In this document: in pieces, positions 1 to 8,945 of the stretch
Layout: every line of letters begins with the position of its first letter
Position numbering within the stretch: the stretch's first letter is position 1
Assembly (NCBI GenBank): GCA_943787795.1
Contig: CALSNU010000002.1
Location: forward strand, 288,001-352,000
Length of the DNA stretch: 64,000 nucleotides
Direction: 5' to 3'
Origin: an uncultured bacterium
GTDB taxonomy: Bacteria; Planctomycetota; UBA1135; GCA-002686595
The notes under the pieces: generated by a model
Told to the model about the DNA's origin: nothing
Seen by the model: only the letters and a program-made list of their open reading frames with translations
Databases searched by the model: none
Made by a program: the position numbers and the translations under genes

Positions 1-555
1 CGTCGCGCCAGGGCCGGTCGCGCCGTCGCTGCCGTCCTGGATCGTGATGGCCCAGTTGAAGGCCTCCATGTCACCGGAGACCGCGAGGCCCTGCTGACGA
101 CCCGCGAAGGAAGCAGCGTTCACCGAGCGGTCGATGAAGAACAGGTTGCCCGAGTCGATCTGGCTCTCCGCAAGCACGTAGGCGCGGAACTGGCCAAGGC
201 GGATGTCGATGGTCTCGCCGGCCGAGACGTCGATGTACGCGTCGAGCAGGTTGCCCGTGGCGAAATCGTTCTCGAGGCGGTAGCCAACGCCGGCCGCGGT
301 GGTGCCGTGGGCGAAGAGGCGGGCGTTGTAGAGCTGGAAGCCACCAAGGTCGTTGGTGCCGACCGTGATGTCGCCGGAGGACGCGTACGCCGCACGGATA
401 CGGCCGCCGATCGTCATGCCGCCGCCCTCCATGTCCTGGAGGTTGGCCGAGAGGGCCTGGACGTCGTTGTCGAGTTGGTCCCAGTCGCTGTTGTTAGCGA
501 CCGCGGTACCGCAGGTCAGGGTGAGCGCGCAGGCGCTGAAGACGAGCTTCTTCAT
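1..555 (-). CDS. Outer-membrane porin (phosphate-selective porin O/P-like); 3' end outside window
   Basis: Not in the ORF track because it runs off the edge. Manual translation from ATG at 555: MKKLVFSACALTLTCGTAVA (signal peptide) ...GGRIRAAYASS...FQLYNARLFAHG...GNLLDAYIDV...IRLGQFR...FFIDRS, with alternating beta-strand patterns. Confidence 0.65.
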   Translation of the reverse strand, partial: MKKLVFSACALTLTCGTAVANNSDWDQLDNDVQALSANLQDMEGGGMTIGGRIRAAYASSGDITVGTNDLGGFQLYNARLFAHGTTAAGVGYRLENDFATGNLLDAYIDVSAGETIDIRLGQFRAYVLAESQIDSGNLFFIDRSVNAASFAGRQQGLAVSGDMEAFNWAITIQDGSDGATGPGAT

Positions 556-839
556 GGGATTGCCACCAGTGAGGTGGTTGGGGGACTGCCGAGAGAGCAA
601 AGGGAGTGGTATCGAGGCGCAGAGGTTGCCGCGGCGAACTTGAGCCGTCGACCTGGCACGCATGAAATCGCTTCAAGGAAGCAGTGGGGACATCGGTGTG
701 GCCCCGGACGACCCGGACCGATTTCAGCGCAAATCTCAGCCTTGTGCAGATGGTCTAAGGCCGGAGCCCTCTTTTCCATGTCTCCAGGCGTGTTTTTTGA
801 GCCGGCCGCATGAAGTTCACTTCATGGCCGCGGCGGAAA

Positions 840-1271
840 TCAGTCGTCCGACCCACGCGATCGGCGGCCCTTCTTGATCTCGCCCCGGGCTCGCTTCTTG
901 TCGAGACGACGTCTCTGGGAGCCGCGAGTGGGCTTGGTCGCCCGACGCGCCTTGCGAATCAGGAGGCCGTCCGCCACCAGCGCAGCCAACCGCTCCCTGC
1001 ACGCCTCGATGTTCTGGTGCTGCGAGCGCCGCGCGCTGGATCGAACCACCAGGGCCTTCTTCTCTCCGACCAACCGGTGCCCCAGCGCGGCCATGAGCCG
1101 CGCCCTGTCTGTATTACTTAGGGCCGTCGATGAACCGACCTCGAAGCGGATCTCCACCGCCGTCTCCACCTTGTTCACGTGCTGACCGCCAGGACCGCCG
1201 GCCCGCATGGTGCGCACCGTCAGGTCAGCTGCAGGGATCACGACCCGCTCATTGACTCGTAGCGGGTCCAC
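840..1271 (-). CDS. arfB: Alternative ribosome-rescue peptidyl-tRNA hydrolase ArfB
   Basis: GGPGGQHVNKVET (GGQ) motif, RSQHQN, basic C-terminal tail (RRATKPTRGSQRRRLDKK). Confidence 0.93.
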   Translation of the reverse strand: MDPLRVNERVVIPAADLTVRTMRAGGPGGQHVNKVETAVEIRFEVGSSTALSNTDRARLMAALGHRLVGEKKALVVRSSARRSQHQNIEACRERLAALVADGLLIRKARRATKPTRGSQRRRLDKKRARGEIKKGRRSRGSDD

Positions 1272-1274
1272 CCG

Positions 1275-1613
1275 TCACGCCCCTGAGAGCCGCCTCAGCG
1301 CTGCCCACGTGAAGATGCCGGTGCGGTGACCGTCGCTGAAGGTGACGGAAAGGGCGTAGTTGCCCACCAGCTCCACCCCGGCCTGCGTGAGCCCCTCCGG
1401 GACCGTCTGCGGGTCCAGAAGCGCTGCTCCGCTGAACTCGTCCACGCAGCGCGCGCAGGGGCAGCCGAGGCGCAGCGACCGCGCGGAGACCGAAGTCGAG
1501 GCGCCGTCCGGCCACTGGAAGCCGATGCGATCTGGCTCCCGCCTGAGGATCCGCACGGGCGGCTCGACCCGTTCTGGACGGCTGGGATGGGGTTGGCCCG
1601 CTTCGTCCATCAT
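1275..1613 (-). CDS. DUF971 / gamma-butyrobetaine hydroxylase-like N-terminal domain protein
   Basis: LRLGCPCARC and VGNYALSVTFSDGHRTGIFTW motifs; start chosen at ATG 1613 (1610 possible). Confidence 0.85.
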   Translation of the reverse strand: MMDEAGQPHPSRPERVEPPVRILRREPDRIGFQWPDGASTSVSARSLRLGCPCARCVDEFSGAALLDPQTVPEGLTQAGVELVGNYALSVTFSDGHRTGIFTWAALRRLSGA

Positions 1614-1653
1614 TCGACTCATCCGATGTGGCTTGACCACTGGCAGTCGTAAG

Positions 1654-1729
1654 TGGTGGCGAGGACCGGATTTGAACCGGTGACCCCTTGATTTTCAATC
1701 AAGTGCTCTACCAACTGAGCTACCTCGCC
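1654..1729 (-). tRNA. tRNA-Phe (GAA)
   Basis: Reverse complement GGCGAGGTAGCTCAGTTGGTAGAGCACTTGATTGAAAATCAAGGGGTCACCGGTTCAAATCCGGTCCTCGCCACCA: 76 nt cloverleaf, anticodon GAA, encoded CCA. Confidence 0.97.
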
Positions 1730-1752
1730 TCGCACTCCCTTTCGGGGCTGGA

Positions 1753-1781
1753 ATTCTCCGTCAGGCCGGGGCGGTCGTCAA
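1753..1781 (-). promoter_or_regulatory. Putative sigma70 promoter of tRNA-Phe
   Basis: TTGACG-N17-GAGAAT on the minus strand, about 24 nt upstream of the tRNA. Confidence 0.55.
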
Positions 1782-1958
1782 CGCAAAGCCCCCCCCTTTC
1801 TGAACGGTCTCCTCAGCGGAGCGATCTTTCGGGTTCGAGCCACCAGAGGTTCCAGCGCTTGCGCGAGGCATCGGCCCCCTCCATCGGGGGCAACCGGTCC
1901 GAGAAGGCCGAGGGGATCTGCCTTGAATCGCCCCCCCCAGGCCTGCTCAGTTGGGGCC

Positions 1959-3167
1959 ATGGACACCCTCAGGACACCCTCCTGGCGACGGGAAGATGAG
2001 ACTCCCTCCCCGTCCGAGCCCCACTCTCTGCCCGAAGGCTCGTCGACGCACGGGATCCCCCGCGAAGGCCAGCCAGGCGATCGGCAACCGGGCCAGCAAC
2101 CGAGTCAGCAACCGGGGGGGCAACCCGGCGGACAACCAGAAGCGCCGGCCGGCAGACCAAGCTCAGCACCCTTCACGGCGCCCGGGAACGTGGTGAGCGG
2201 GACCGGAGTTCCCCTTGCAGCCGCCGCCGCCATGGAGGGCGTCCCCTCGGTTCAGGCGCTTCGCAAGCGGATCAAGAAGGGCACCCTCGCGAGCGTGCGC
2301 GTGTTGCACCGCGATTCCATCGTGGTCGGCGTTGAGCTGGACGAGCTCGCAAGGCAATACCCCGCGGCCTTCCACTCTAGGCCGGCCGCGCAGCCCTCCC
2401 CGCCGGAGCCCGACACACAACCCGCGGGCCCTGAAGAGCAACCCGCGCCTCCCTCGAGACAACCCGAGGATACCCACGGGCCGCGGCGCAACACCGCTGA
2501 AGGCCCCCTGAGGCCAGGCCGCACCTCAGCCGGGGGCGATCCGGTTGCCCCTGACGGGCAACCCGACAAACAACGCGACGAGCAACCCGACGAACCCGAC
2601 GCCGAGCAGCCAGAGCCGCGGGGAGCCCGGGAGCTGCAGACGGTCGACGTGGCGATCCAGGGCTGGCGCGAGGCTCGGGAGGCCCTGGAAACAAGCCGAA
2701 GGGAGCACCGCGAGGAGGTCACGCGGACGATCTCGTCGTACGAGAACCAGCTGCGGTCGAGGGACCGGGAGAGGGAACATGAGCAGAAGATCCACGGGGC
2801 GCGAGAGGCCCGGGCGGTCCGCTGGGGACGGGCTGCAGCCGGCGCCCTCCTCGTCACCCTGACCATGGGCCTTTGGGCCACGGAGCGCGCGGGCGACCGT
2901 CTCGCCACCGAGCGGTTCCAGGCTGGGGCCATGACCGAGCAGACCCGGGCCCTCACCGAGGAGAAGGCGGCGCTGGTGGAGGCCATCGAAGCCCAGGGCG
3001 CCGAACTCGGGGCGGCCCTTGAGGCCCTCGACGAGGCGGAGGCCGAGGCTGGCGCCTTGAGCGCCCAGCGAGACGCCCTCGGGCAGGAGCTGGAGGAGAT
3101 CCGGGCCGAGCGAGAACGCGCGCGGGACGCCACCCGCGCCGCACTCAGGTTCCTCGGCGCCCGCTGA
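1959..3167 (+). CDS. Hypothetical protein: HTH-like segment, Pro/Gln low-complexity linkers, one TM helix, coiled coils
   Basis: GVPLAAAAAMEGVPSVQALRKRIKKGTLASVRV resembles MerR/excisionase HTH; hydrophobic AAAGALLVTLTMGLWA; heptad-rich C-terminus. Confidence 0.6.
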   Translation: MDTLRTPSWRREDETPSPSEPHSLPEGSSTHGIPREGQPGDRQPGQQPSQQPGGQPGGQPEAPAGRPSSAPFTAPGNVVSGTGVPLAAAAAMEGVPSVQALRKRIKKGTLASVRVLHRDSIVVGVELDELARQYPAAFHSRPAAQPSPPEPDTQPAGPEEQPAPPSRQPEDTHGPRRNTAEGPLRPGRTSAGGDPVAPDGQPDKQRDEQPDEPDAEQPEPRGARELQTVDVAIQGWREAREALETSRREHREEVTRTISSYENQLRSRDREREHEQKIHGAREARAVRWGRAAAGALLVTLTMGLWATERAGDRLATERFQAGAMTEQTRALTEEKAALVEAIEAQGAELGAALEALDEAEAEAGALSAQRDALGQELEEIRAERERARDATRAALRFLGAR

Positions 3168-3249
3168 TTCGACCCCGCGACTGATTCGACCCCACTATTG
3201 GGCCGAGTCTGCTGCTGGGCCGGGCCTGCTGCTGGGCCGGGCCTGCTGC
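3164..3249. repeat. Two short 17-bp-period direct-repeat tracts
   Basis: ctgattcgacccc at 3164 and 3181; tgggccg(g/a)g(c/t)ctgctgc three times at 3199, 3216, 3233. Confidence 0.85.
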
Positions 3250-3291
3250 CGAGACGAGGCAGCGCAGGAGCGGGAGACCGGCGTCGCCTCG

Positions 3292-4263
3292 TCAGCCCCG
3301 GGTGAGGACCGCTCGTGCGCGCTCCACGTCGGCGGAGATCGCCGCCTGGAGCTCATCGAGGCTGCCGAACTTCACCTCGGGGCGCAGCCGCTCGGCGAAT
3401 TCCAGCTCGATGCGTTGGCCGTAGAGGTCCCCGTCGAAGTCGAGCAGGTGGACCTCGACCAGGGGCCCAGCCCCCTCGGTCGCCACCGTGGGACGCCGGC
3501 CGATGTTGGCGACGGCGTCAAAGCTCCCAACCCGCTCCCGCGGGTCCGGAGCGCCACTCTCGGAAGGAGGCGGGACCACGTGGGCCCGGCACGCGTACAC
3601 GCCCTCGGGGGGCTGCAGCTCGTGGAGCAGGTCGAGGTTGGCCGTTGGGAATCCCAGCCGCCGCCCCAGCGCCTGCCCGGGAACGACCTCCCCGTAGATG
3701 GTGACCGGTCGCCCAAGCATCCGGCTCGCGCCGGCCAGATCGCCGAGCTCCACGGACTCTCGGATGACCGTGCTGGAGACCGCCCGCTGCCCGACCAGCA
3801 CCTTCGGCGCGATCTCCACCTCGTGGCCGCGGTCCTCCAGGGACCCCGGTCCACCCGATCGGTCCTTCCCGAACTTGCTGTCAAAGCCCAGGACAAACGC
3901 CCTCGTGGCGAGCCCGTGCTCGAGGATCCGCTCGCTGAAGGCCTCCGCCGTGGTGTTTCGGAGCTCCTCATCGAAGGTGAGCACCACCACGTGGCGAATC
4001 CCGGCGCGCCACAGGAGCGCCAGCTTGTGCTCCAGGGTCGTCAGGGTGCGGGGCGCGCGGCCCAGGAGGACCGCCTTGGGGTGCTCCGCGAAGGTCACCA
4101 CCGTGGGCTCCGACCCGAGCGCCTCAGCCCTGGCCACATTCGCCTCGAGGATCGATTGGTGTCCAAGGTGCACCCCGTCGAACACCCCGACGCTGGTCAC
4201 GGCACCGCCGGCGCGGGCCTCCAGGCCCTCAACTGAGCGGCTGACTCGGAGTCGGTAGGGCAC
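3292..4263 (-). CDS. ribF: Bifunctional riboflavin kinase/FAD synthetase
   Basis: GVFDGVHLGHQ, VSSTVIR, GRRLGFPTANL, NIGRRPT, EVHLLDF motifs. Confidence 0.96.
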   Translation of the reverse strand: MPYRLRVSRSVEGLEARAGGAVTSVGVFDGVHLGHQSILEANVARAEALGSEPTVVTFAEHPKAVLLGRAPRTLTTLEHKLALLWRAGIRHVVVLTFDEELRNTTAEAFSERILEHGLATRAFVLGFDSKFGKDRSGGPGSLEDRGHEVEIAPKVLVGQRAVSSTVIRESVELGDLAGASRMLGRPVTIYGEVVPGQALGRRLGFPTANLDLLHELQPPEGVYACRAHVVPPPSESGAPDPRERVGSFDAVANIGRRPTVATEGAGPLVEVHLLDFDGDLYGQRIELEFAERLRPEVKFGSLDELQAAISADVERARAVLTRG

Positions 4264-4266
4264 GGC

Positions 4267-4803
4267 TCAGGAGCGCTCGGCGCGATACTGCGCCTTGAGT
4301 TCCTCGACAGCCGCGCGGTTGCGCATCTTGTCGCTCGGGGTCATCCGGTCCACGAGGAGCACCCCCTGCAGGTGGTCGTACTCGTGCTGGATGATCCGCG
4401 AGACAAACCCCTCGGCCTCCATCTCGAAGGCCTTGCCCTCCACGTCAAAGGCGTGGACGAGGCACCTGTCCGGACGGGTGACGTCACAGTGGATCCCGGG
4501 CAAGGAGAGGCAGCCCTCCTCAAATCGGACCTTGTCCCCCTTGAGGGACTTGATGGTCGGATTGATCAGCACGAGGTTTCGATCCGGCTTCTCGACGTCC
4601 CCCTCGTCGTTCAGGACGAAGATCCGGCTCGAGAGGCCCACCTGAGGCGCGGCCAACCCGACCCCCTGACTCTCGAACATGCGGGCGAACATTCCGTCCA
4701 CGATCGACTTCAAGGCGTCGTCAAAGGAGGCGACTTCCTCGGCCTCCTTCCGGAGAACAGGATCGGGGAACAGGACGACTTCGAAGCTCCGGGGCTCGGA
4801 CAT
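4267..4803 (-). CDS. def: Peptide deformylase
   Basis: GVGLAAPQVG, EGCLS, QHEYDHL motifs. Confidence 0.97.
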   Translation of the reverse strand: MSEPRSFEVVLFPDPVLRKEAEEVASFDDALKSIVDGMFARMFESQGVGLAAPQVGLSSRIFVLNDEGDVEKPDRNLVLINPTIKSLKGDKVRFEEGCLSLPGIHCDVTRPDRCLVHAFDVEGKAFEMEAEGFVSRIIQHEYDHLQGVLLVDRMTPSDKMRNRAAVEELKAQYRAERS

Positions 4804-4900
4804 GGTGCTCAACGAGGGAGGGTTGCCGCCGCTACGCGCCGCGGTATGCCCCTAAGATAGGTCCGTTCCCGTGCCGCTGGGCGGCTTTCGCATTCGATCC

Positions 4901-6232
4901 GTGGACTACTCAAAACACATCCAAAAGGCCGAAGAGGCCGCGCGTCGCCGTAACTACGACTTCGCCATCGAGCTCTACCAGCAGATCCTCGAGATCGACG
5001 CTGATATCGGGGAGGCTCGAGCGGGGCTCCGAAGCGCGCTCAAGGCGCGCCACGACACCAAGAAGTCGGGGCGTTTCATGAAGCTCGTCAAGGGCGCCAG
5101 CTCCCTCACCGCGGCCAAGGGCCTCGCCAAGGCGTCGAAGTTCGACGCCGCGGCCAAGGCCTGCGAGAGCTACCTGAAGGCGGCCCCGCTGGACGTGGAG
5201 GCCAACATGTTGCTGGGGATGTCCCTGGAGTCAGCGGGACACTTCCGGTCGGCCCTCGCCGTCTATGAGTTCATCGCACAGATCGACCCCAAGAACGCCC
5301 AGGGCCTCAAGCGGGCCGGGGCCATGATGGCCCGCACAGGCGATTCGGTGAAGGCGCTCGCGTTCTACGAACGCGCGCTGGAGGCCGACCCGCGGGATCG
5401 CGACGCCCTCAAGGCCCGCAAGGACCTCGCCGCCGAGGCGGCCATTCAGAGCTCGAAGTTCGACAGCGTCGAGCACAGCCGTGAGCAGCTCGTGGACGTG
5501 GAGCAGACCCGCGAGCTCGAGCAGAGTCGGCGCCTGCACCGCACGCCCGAGGAGCTCGAGGCCGACCGCGAACGGCTCGAGTCCAAGTTCGCAGAGGACA
5601 CCACCGACGTGGACGTCATGGTCAAGCTGGCCGAGGTGCACGAGAAGCTCCGTGACCCGGAAGCTGCCCTCGACGTCCTCGAGCGTGCGCTCTCCTACCG
5701 GAAGGGGGACCGCGACCTCGAGGAGCGGGTCGGCACCATGCGCGGCAAGGCCCTGAAGCGCGCCCTCGCCAAGGCGGACAAGCTCGGGGACCAGGAGAAG
5801 GCCGACCGGATCGAGGCCAAGCTGCGGGCCCACGAGGTCTCGGAGATCCAGCGGCGGCTCGCGATCCACCCCGGCGATGCGACGCTCCGGGTCCAGCTCG
5901 GCCAGGAGTTGCTGCGTCAGGGTGACCCGGACGCGGCGGCCTCCGAGCTCCAGAAGGCCCTCTCAGACCCCAGGAAGGCCCTTGAGGCCCGTCTCTTGCT
6001 CGCGAAGTGCTTCGAGGCCAAGGGGTTCGGCGACCTCGCCGCCAACGAGTATGAGAAGGCCCTGGAGGGGATGGCGGAGAACGACCAGCGCCGGCGAGAG
6101 ATCCTGTATAGTCTCGCCGCTCTTTCGGAAGAAGCGGGTGACCTCGAGCGAGCTCGAACGCTCTACACGCGTGTGTACGAGGTCGACGTGAGCTTCCGAG
6201 ACGTCGCCAAGAAGATGGAGCAGCTGCGCTGA
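4901..6232 (+). CDS. Tetratricopeptide-repeat protein
   Basis: Multiple TPR-like helices (AIELYQQILEIDAD, ALAFYERALEADP, AANEYEKALE); GTG start inferred. Confidence 0.85.
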   Translation: MDYSKHIQKAEEAARRRNYDFAIELYQQILEIDADIGEARAGLRSALKARHDTKKSGRFMKLVKGASSLTAAKGLAKASKFDAAAKACESYLKAAPLDVEANMLLGMSLESAGHFRSALAVYEFIAQIDPKNAQGLKRAGAMMARTGDSVKALAFYERALEADPRDRDALKARKDLAAEAAIQSSKFDSVEHSREQLVDVEQTRELEQSRRLHRTPEELEADRERLESKFAEDTTDVDVMVKLAEVHEKLRDPEAALDVLERALSYRKGDRDLEERVGTMRGKALKRALAKADKLGDQEKADRIEAKLRAHEVSEIQRRLAIHPGDATLRVQLGQELLRQGDPDAAASELQKALSDPRKALEARLLLAKCFEAKGFGDLAANEYEKALEGMAENDQRRREILYSLAALSEEAGDLERARTLYTRVYEVDVSFRDVAKKMEQLR

Positions 6233-6336
6233 CGCGCCGCCGCCTCCGCCCTCTGGCCCCGATGAGCCCCAATCCAACGTCCCCAAGGGGGGCCGCCCCG
6301 AACACCAAGCGCCAAGCCGGCGCCCACTGAAATCAG

Positions 6337-6594
6337 ATGCCCAACACCAAGCAAGCCAAGAAGCGCATGGTCACCGACGACGCCCGTCGTCTGGCCAACA
6401 AGACCGTCCGTACCTCCATGCGCTCGGCCGTCAAGAAGGTCCTGCAGTCCGAGTCCGCCGACGAGGCGAAGGCCGGCATGACCGAGGCCTTCAAGCGCGT
6501 CGACAAGGCCGCCAAGAAGAACATCATCCATGACAACGCGGCCGCGCGGACGAAGTCCCAGCTCAGCCGTCACGTCAACAAGCTCGAGGGCTGA
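6337..6594 (+). CDS. rpsT: 30S ribosomal protein S20
   Basis: MPNTKQAKKR...DKAAKKNIIHDNAAARTKS. Confidence 0.97.
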   Translation: MPNTKQAKKRMVTDDARRLANKTVRTSMRSAVKKVLQSESADEAKAGMTEAFKRVDKAAKKNIIHDNAAARTKSQLSRHVNKLEG

Positions 6595-6617
6595 GCCCCC
6601 CGGGGCGGATCAGTTCC

Positions 6618-6956
6618 ATGGGGTGCTTCTCGACCAGCAAGGATGCCTCCGACAAGTGGCTCCAGCCCGTGGCCGTTCCGTCCAGCAAGGGCGGGGTCTT
6701 CGGCACGGTGATTGAGTTGCTTGAGGACCTGCCGGGTTGGGAGGTCCAGTCCTCTGACGAGGAGAGCTGCACGGTCCACGTCTCCAAGGCCAACGGCTTC
6801 CTCGGCGGCACCTCGAAGATCTCGATCACGGTCTCAGGTCCAGACGGCATCCCCTCCTCGGAGACCAACGTCACCTCCGAGTCGGACGGGATGATCTCCC
6901 GGGACAAGTCCAACGTCTCGACCTTCTGCCGCAAGCTCTGGATGCGCGTCACCTGA
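6618..6956 (+). CDS. Small hypothetical protein (possibly DUF1499-like alpha/beta fold)
   Basis: 112-aa ORF with host-like GC3 codon bias, 23 bp after rpsT. Confidence 0.6.
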   Translation: MGCFSTSKDASDKWLQPVAVPSSKGGVFGTVIELLEDLPGWEVQSSDEESCTVHVSKANGFLGGTSKISITVSGPDGIPSSETNVTSESDGMISRDKSNVSTFCRKLWMRVT

Positions 6957-7256
6957 GGGCGGGCAGCGCAGCTGGGCCCCTCGGAGAGCCCCGGTCGACG
7001 TCCACCCCGGACGCACCGGGGCTTCTTCGTACCCCCGCCACCCCTCGCCGGTCCTGCGCCCGGTCTTTGGGGTCCTGCCGCGAGGACCCCTGCGGCGAGG
7101 ACCAAGGTCGGGCTCTGAGAACGAGGCTGCGCCCGCAGTCGCCGACCCGTCGCCCGGACGATCTCTCACCCTCTCGACGCCGATTCCCGGATCCACCCAC
7201 AGCGCGTGACGATGGGATGGCCTAGGAATGGGGACACGCAAGCCGCGCCCAACATC

Positions 7257-8843
7257 GTGAAGACCCTCCTCGACCTCGACTTCCAGAACCGCTTCACCCG
7301 GGATCTCCCCGCGGATCCCGAGACCACAACGCGCCCGCGCGAGGTGACCGGCGCCCTCTACTCAAGGGTCTCTCCCACGGCCGTCGCCGCCCCCAAGCTC
7401 GTCGCTGGCTCCTGGGAGTGCGCCACCCTCATCGGACTCGACCCTTCGGAGTTGGAGGGAGAGGACTTCGCCCGCGTCTTCGGTGGCAACGCGCTGGTAC
7501 CCGGGATGGACCCCTTCGCGATGGCGTACGGCGGGCATCAATTCGGCCACTGGGCTGGACAGCTCGGAGACGGGCGGGCGATCAACCTCGGTGAGATCCG
7601 CGGGCCCGAGGGAGCAGGCTGGACGCTCCAGCTCAAGGGGGCTGGCATGACCCCCTACTCGCGCCGAGCCGATGGGCTCGCGGTGCTCCGCTCCTCGGTG
7701 CGCGAGTTCCTTTGCAGCGAGGCGATGTCCCACCTCGGGGTCCCCACCACTCGCGCCCTGAGCCTCGTGACCACCGGGGATCAGGTGCTGCGGGACATGT
7801 TCTACGACGGCAACGCGAAGCTCGAGCCCGGCGCCGTCGTCTGCCGCGTGGCGCGCTCGTTCGTGCGCTTCGGCAGCTTCGAGCTCCCCGCCTCGCGGGG
7901 CGACGAGGCCCTGCTGCGCTCGCTCGCGGACCACGTGATCCGCACCTCGTTCCCCGAGCTGAACGCCCCGCCAGCAGGAACCCCGATCCCGGCCGAGACC
8001 TACGTCGCATGGATCCGAGAGGTCGTGCGCACCACCGCCGTCATGGTCGCTCACTGGATGCGGGTCGGCTTCGTCCACGGCGTCATGAACACCGACAACA
8101 TGTCGATCCTCGGCGAGACGATCGACTACGGCCCCTACGGCTGGCTTGAGGGCTACGACCCCGACTGGACGCCAAACACCACCGACGCCCAGGGCAAGCG
8201 CTATCGCTTCGGCAACCAGCATCAGATCGCCCACTGGAACCTGACGCGTCTGGCGAGCGCCGTGGTGCCGCTGGTCGGGGACGTCGAGGCGCTTCAGGAG
8301 GCGGTGGACGGCTTCCAGGCCATCTACACCGAGGCCTGGACGGGCATGTTGGCCTCGAAGCTGGGACTCCCGGAGTTCAACGAGGAGCGAGACGGCCCCC
8401 TCGCGGTGGAGCTCTTCCGGATCCTCGAGCTCCAGGAGACGGACATGACGATCTTCTTCCGCGAGCTCGCTGGTCCGCTCGGAGAGGACACGGTCACGGC
8501 GCTCGCGCGGGCCTCCTACGGCGACGGATTCGACGGGGCGACCGTCGCCGCGCTCGAGGCGTGGCTGGGTTCCTACCGCGGCCGGCTCAAAGCGCTGGGG
8601 GTCGAGGACGGCCCGCGGCGCGCGCGCATGGACGGCGCGAACCCTCGCTACGTCCTGCGCAACTACCTCGCGCAACTCGCCATCGACCGCGCGGCGAAGG
8701 GCGACCCCGCCGGCGTCACCGAGCTCCTCGAGGTCCTCCGACGACCGTACGAGGATCAGCCCGGGCGGGACGAGTTCGCTGCCCGACGGCCGGAGTGGGC
8801 CCGTCACCGGGCGGGCTGCTCGATGCTCTCCTGCAGCTCCTGA
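7257..8843 (+). CDS. selO: Protein adenylyltransferase SelO / YdiU family
   Basis: YGGHQFG...GQLGDGRA, LQLKGAGMTPYSRRADG, GFVHGVMNTDNMSILGETIDYGP, C-terminal CSMLSCSS. Confidence 0.95.
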   Translation: MKTLLDLDFQNRFTRDLPADPETTTRPREVTGALYSRVSPTAVAAPKLVAGSWECATLIGLDPSELEGEDFARVFGGNALVPGMDPFAMAYGGHQFGHWAGQLGDGRAINLGEIRGPEGAGWTLQLKGAGMTPYSRRADGLAVLRSSVREFLCSEAMSHLGVPTTRALSLVTTGDQVLRDMFYDGNAKLEPGAVVCRVARSFVRFGSFELPASRGDEALLRSLADHVIRTSFPELNAPPAGTPIPAETYVAWIREVVRTTAVMVAHWMRVGFVHGVMNTDNMSILGETIDYGPYGWLEGYDPDWTPNTTDAQGKRYRFGNQHQIAHWNLTRLASAVVPLVGDVEALQEAVDGFQAIYTEAWTGMLASKLGLPEFNEERDGPLAVELFRILELQETDMTIFFRELAGPLGEDTVTALARASYGDGFDGATVAALEAWLGSYRGRLKALGVEDGPRRARMDGANPRYVLRNYLAQLAIDRAAKGDPAGVTELLEVLRRPYEDQPGRDEFAARRPEWARHRAGCSMLSCSS

Positions 8844-8945
8844 GGCCTCGCCTCGGGACACCCGACGGCAGCCTCGCCCACGAACGGCCTCACAGCCTGC
8901 GCCCCACTCTGGCCATGGAGGCGGGAAGCGAGGTGCGGGTCAGCC

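Noticed and set aside
1654..3290. Integrated element at tRNA-Phe (also considered for tRNA-Val)
   Set aside because: No integrase and no duplicated tRNA 3' end seen; the orphan gene lies on the 5' side of the tRNA.
8820..8843. selO ending in TGA as a possible Sec codon
   Set aside because: The Sec-equivalent position in the C-terminal CSS is a TGC (Cys) codon and the protein is complete at CSS, so this TGA is a normal stop.
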